A DNA stretch of 63,623 bases, counting the filler, from Octopus bimaculoides (taxonomy: Eukaryota): assembly GCF_001194135.2 (NCBI RefSeq). It is 9 parts of 9 records of this genome, joined end to end, with 100 filler letters (N's around TTAATTAATTAA, not from the genome) between each part and the next. Parts side by side here need not be neighbours in the genome. Positions count along the whole stretch, not along the records: positions 61,320 to 63,623 come from NW_026324632.1; 8 more parts are not named here. The stretch is one strand, 5' to 3'. Below are positions 61,896 to 63,623 of this stretch, piece after piece. The notes under the pieces are model-generated. The model did no database searches, was not told the origin of the DNA, and was given only the letters and a program-made list of their open reading frames with translations. Positions within the stretch are counted from its first letter, which is position 1. Each line of letters opens with the position of its first letter. A program made the position numbers and the translations under genes.

Positions 61896-62539
61896 CATCT
61901 GTTTCAACACACGATTTCACATCAAAAATCTTGCAAAACAAATATATATATAAATATATAGATAGATAGATTGATGTGCAGGCGTGGCTGTGTGGTAAGA
62001 AGTTTGCTTACCAACCAAATGGTTCCGGGTTCTCTTGTTTGTTTAATTATTACATTGTAAGTTTGCTTGTTTCATTTAAATAATTTGTACCGCTCTTGCT
62101 TTAAATTAATTATCTTGTAATCGTGGTTTTTTTTTTTTGAAATGCAATGGGCCTCTTTTCTTTTCCGTTTTGGTCCCTATAAATACGTTACTTGTCTTTC
62201 TATGAATTATCTCGTAATCCCATTGTTTCTGGAATCTTGTATATATTTAACACGCTGAAGTAGATCACACTTCTCAATGTTGGATAGATTTGATTGGAGT
62301 TATATATTTGTTTAAAAGTGATGATGGTCATGCCTGAAACCCCTTTGATCGTAGGTCTACTTGACCAGTGTAACCGGGATCGATGCGGTTAAACAGAAAT
62401 GCTCTCGTTAGCAAAATAATTGCCATCAGCAAGACTGAAAATGAACCAAGCGATGTGCGACAGAGATAATTTAGATTCCGTATTTCAACATCGCTATGGT
62501 AGATTTGCAGCCCCAGCGCTTTCCAGCCGTTACATTCAC

Positions 62540-63135
62540 GCTTTGGTATTTTCCCCTTCAGACCGTGTATACAAGACAAAAGTTTATCCAGCCGTCACAT
62601 TCACGCCTGGTAAAGTTCTTCACATAGTGTGTGAGAAAGAAACGCTTTCCAACCGTGACATCTCATCCTTTTATTTTCTCCTTCACACGTGTATACAAAA
62701 CACAGTTTTGTCCAGCTGTGACATTCGCGCTGAGAATACGTTCTCCGTCACAAAGTGTATGGGCGAAAAAAAAAGTTTTGTAGCTGGGATATTCACATCC
62801 GCTTATTTTCTCCTTCACACAGTGTACACAAGACAATGGTTAGTCCAGCAGTGACAACCACGCTTGGTAAATTTTCTCCTTCACACGGTGTATGTGAGAG
62901 AAACGCGTTTCAGCCGTGACTTCACATCCGTTTATTTTCTCTTTCACAAAAGAAAGGATTGTCAGCCGTGACATTCGCGTCTGGTAATTTTCTCCGTCGC
63001 AAAGTGTATGGGAGAGAAAGAAACATTTTCCCCCTGGGACATTCACATCCGCTTATTTTCTTCTCCACACGTTGTATACAAGACAAAGGATTGTCCAGCC
63101 GTGACACCCACGTCTGTAAATTCTCTCTTTCACAC
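62540..63135. repeat. Degenerate satellite of about 64 bp with alternating subunits
   Basis: ttttctccttcacac...cagccgtgacattcac recurs about 9 times, alternating A (tacaagacaaagg) and B (tgtatg.gagaga) units. Confidence 0.75.
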
Positions 63136-63623
63136 TGCCATTACGAGTCAAAATACATTTCAAGAACGTGCCCTTCAACACGCGGGAGCGGTTTCACCTT
63201 GACGTCTACAAGAAACATGGTGAGCGATAATGAGGAGTCATTGCAAATGGCTCGGAAGTATTTCAATAAACATTTGAAAGTGTAGTTCATATAACAGCCA
63301 TAATGTCCGTAACACTTTAATGTAATCGAAGGATCAATAACCATTTGAATGATCATTATTATTAATGATGGTGTACCGTTGTTGTGGAAATATAGAAAAT
63401 TACACAGAACGGAGATCAAGACAACATCCTTAATTTTTTTTGCACCCAACTCTCGTACCCGTTCAACCACGCACAACCACATATACATACATACATACAT
63501 ACATACATACATACGAAGATACACACGTATATGTACAGCTATATGTGTATATATATTAATATACACACAAATACGCAATATATACATATATATATATACG
63601 TATATATATACATATATATGTAT

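Overview
AT-rich, microsatellite- and SINE-dense eukaryotic DNA. The repeat landscape looks like an octopus or other coleoid cephalopod (inferred, not database-checked). It is not one continuous locus: eight identical 100-bp spacers (44 N + TTAATTAATTAA + 44 N) split it into nine blocks (1-6017, 6118-10228, 10329-19607, 19708-34327, 34428-51214, 51315-56034, 56135-57941, 58042-61219, 61320-63623). Three spliced gene fragments can be built by hand, none visible as a clean ORF in the track. (1) Three + exons (1232-4452) of a LamG-EGF-LamG neurexin/CASPR/axotactin-type protein. (2) Three - exons (60875-59060) of an LRP2/megalin-like receptor. (3) Three phase-0 + exons (27799-27933, 28925-29155, 31555-31713) encoding the C-terminal 174 aa of a probably secreted, glycosylated protein. 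Its motif order and intron positions resemble the IL-6/G-CSF long-chain helical cytokines; this is the most interesting find. The rest is mostly transposon debris: tRNA-derived SINEs, RTE, Tx1/L1, R4/Dong-type and CCCH-ORF1 LINEs, Penelope-like elements with variant hammerhead-ribozyme folds, Tc1/mariner, pogo/Tigger, hAT and HINE-like pieces, and several long inverted repeats. Repeat boundaries are approximate; exon boundaries were counted base by base.
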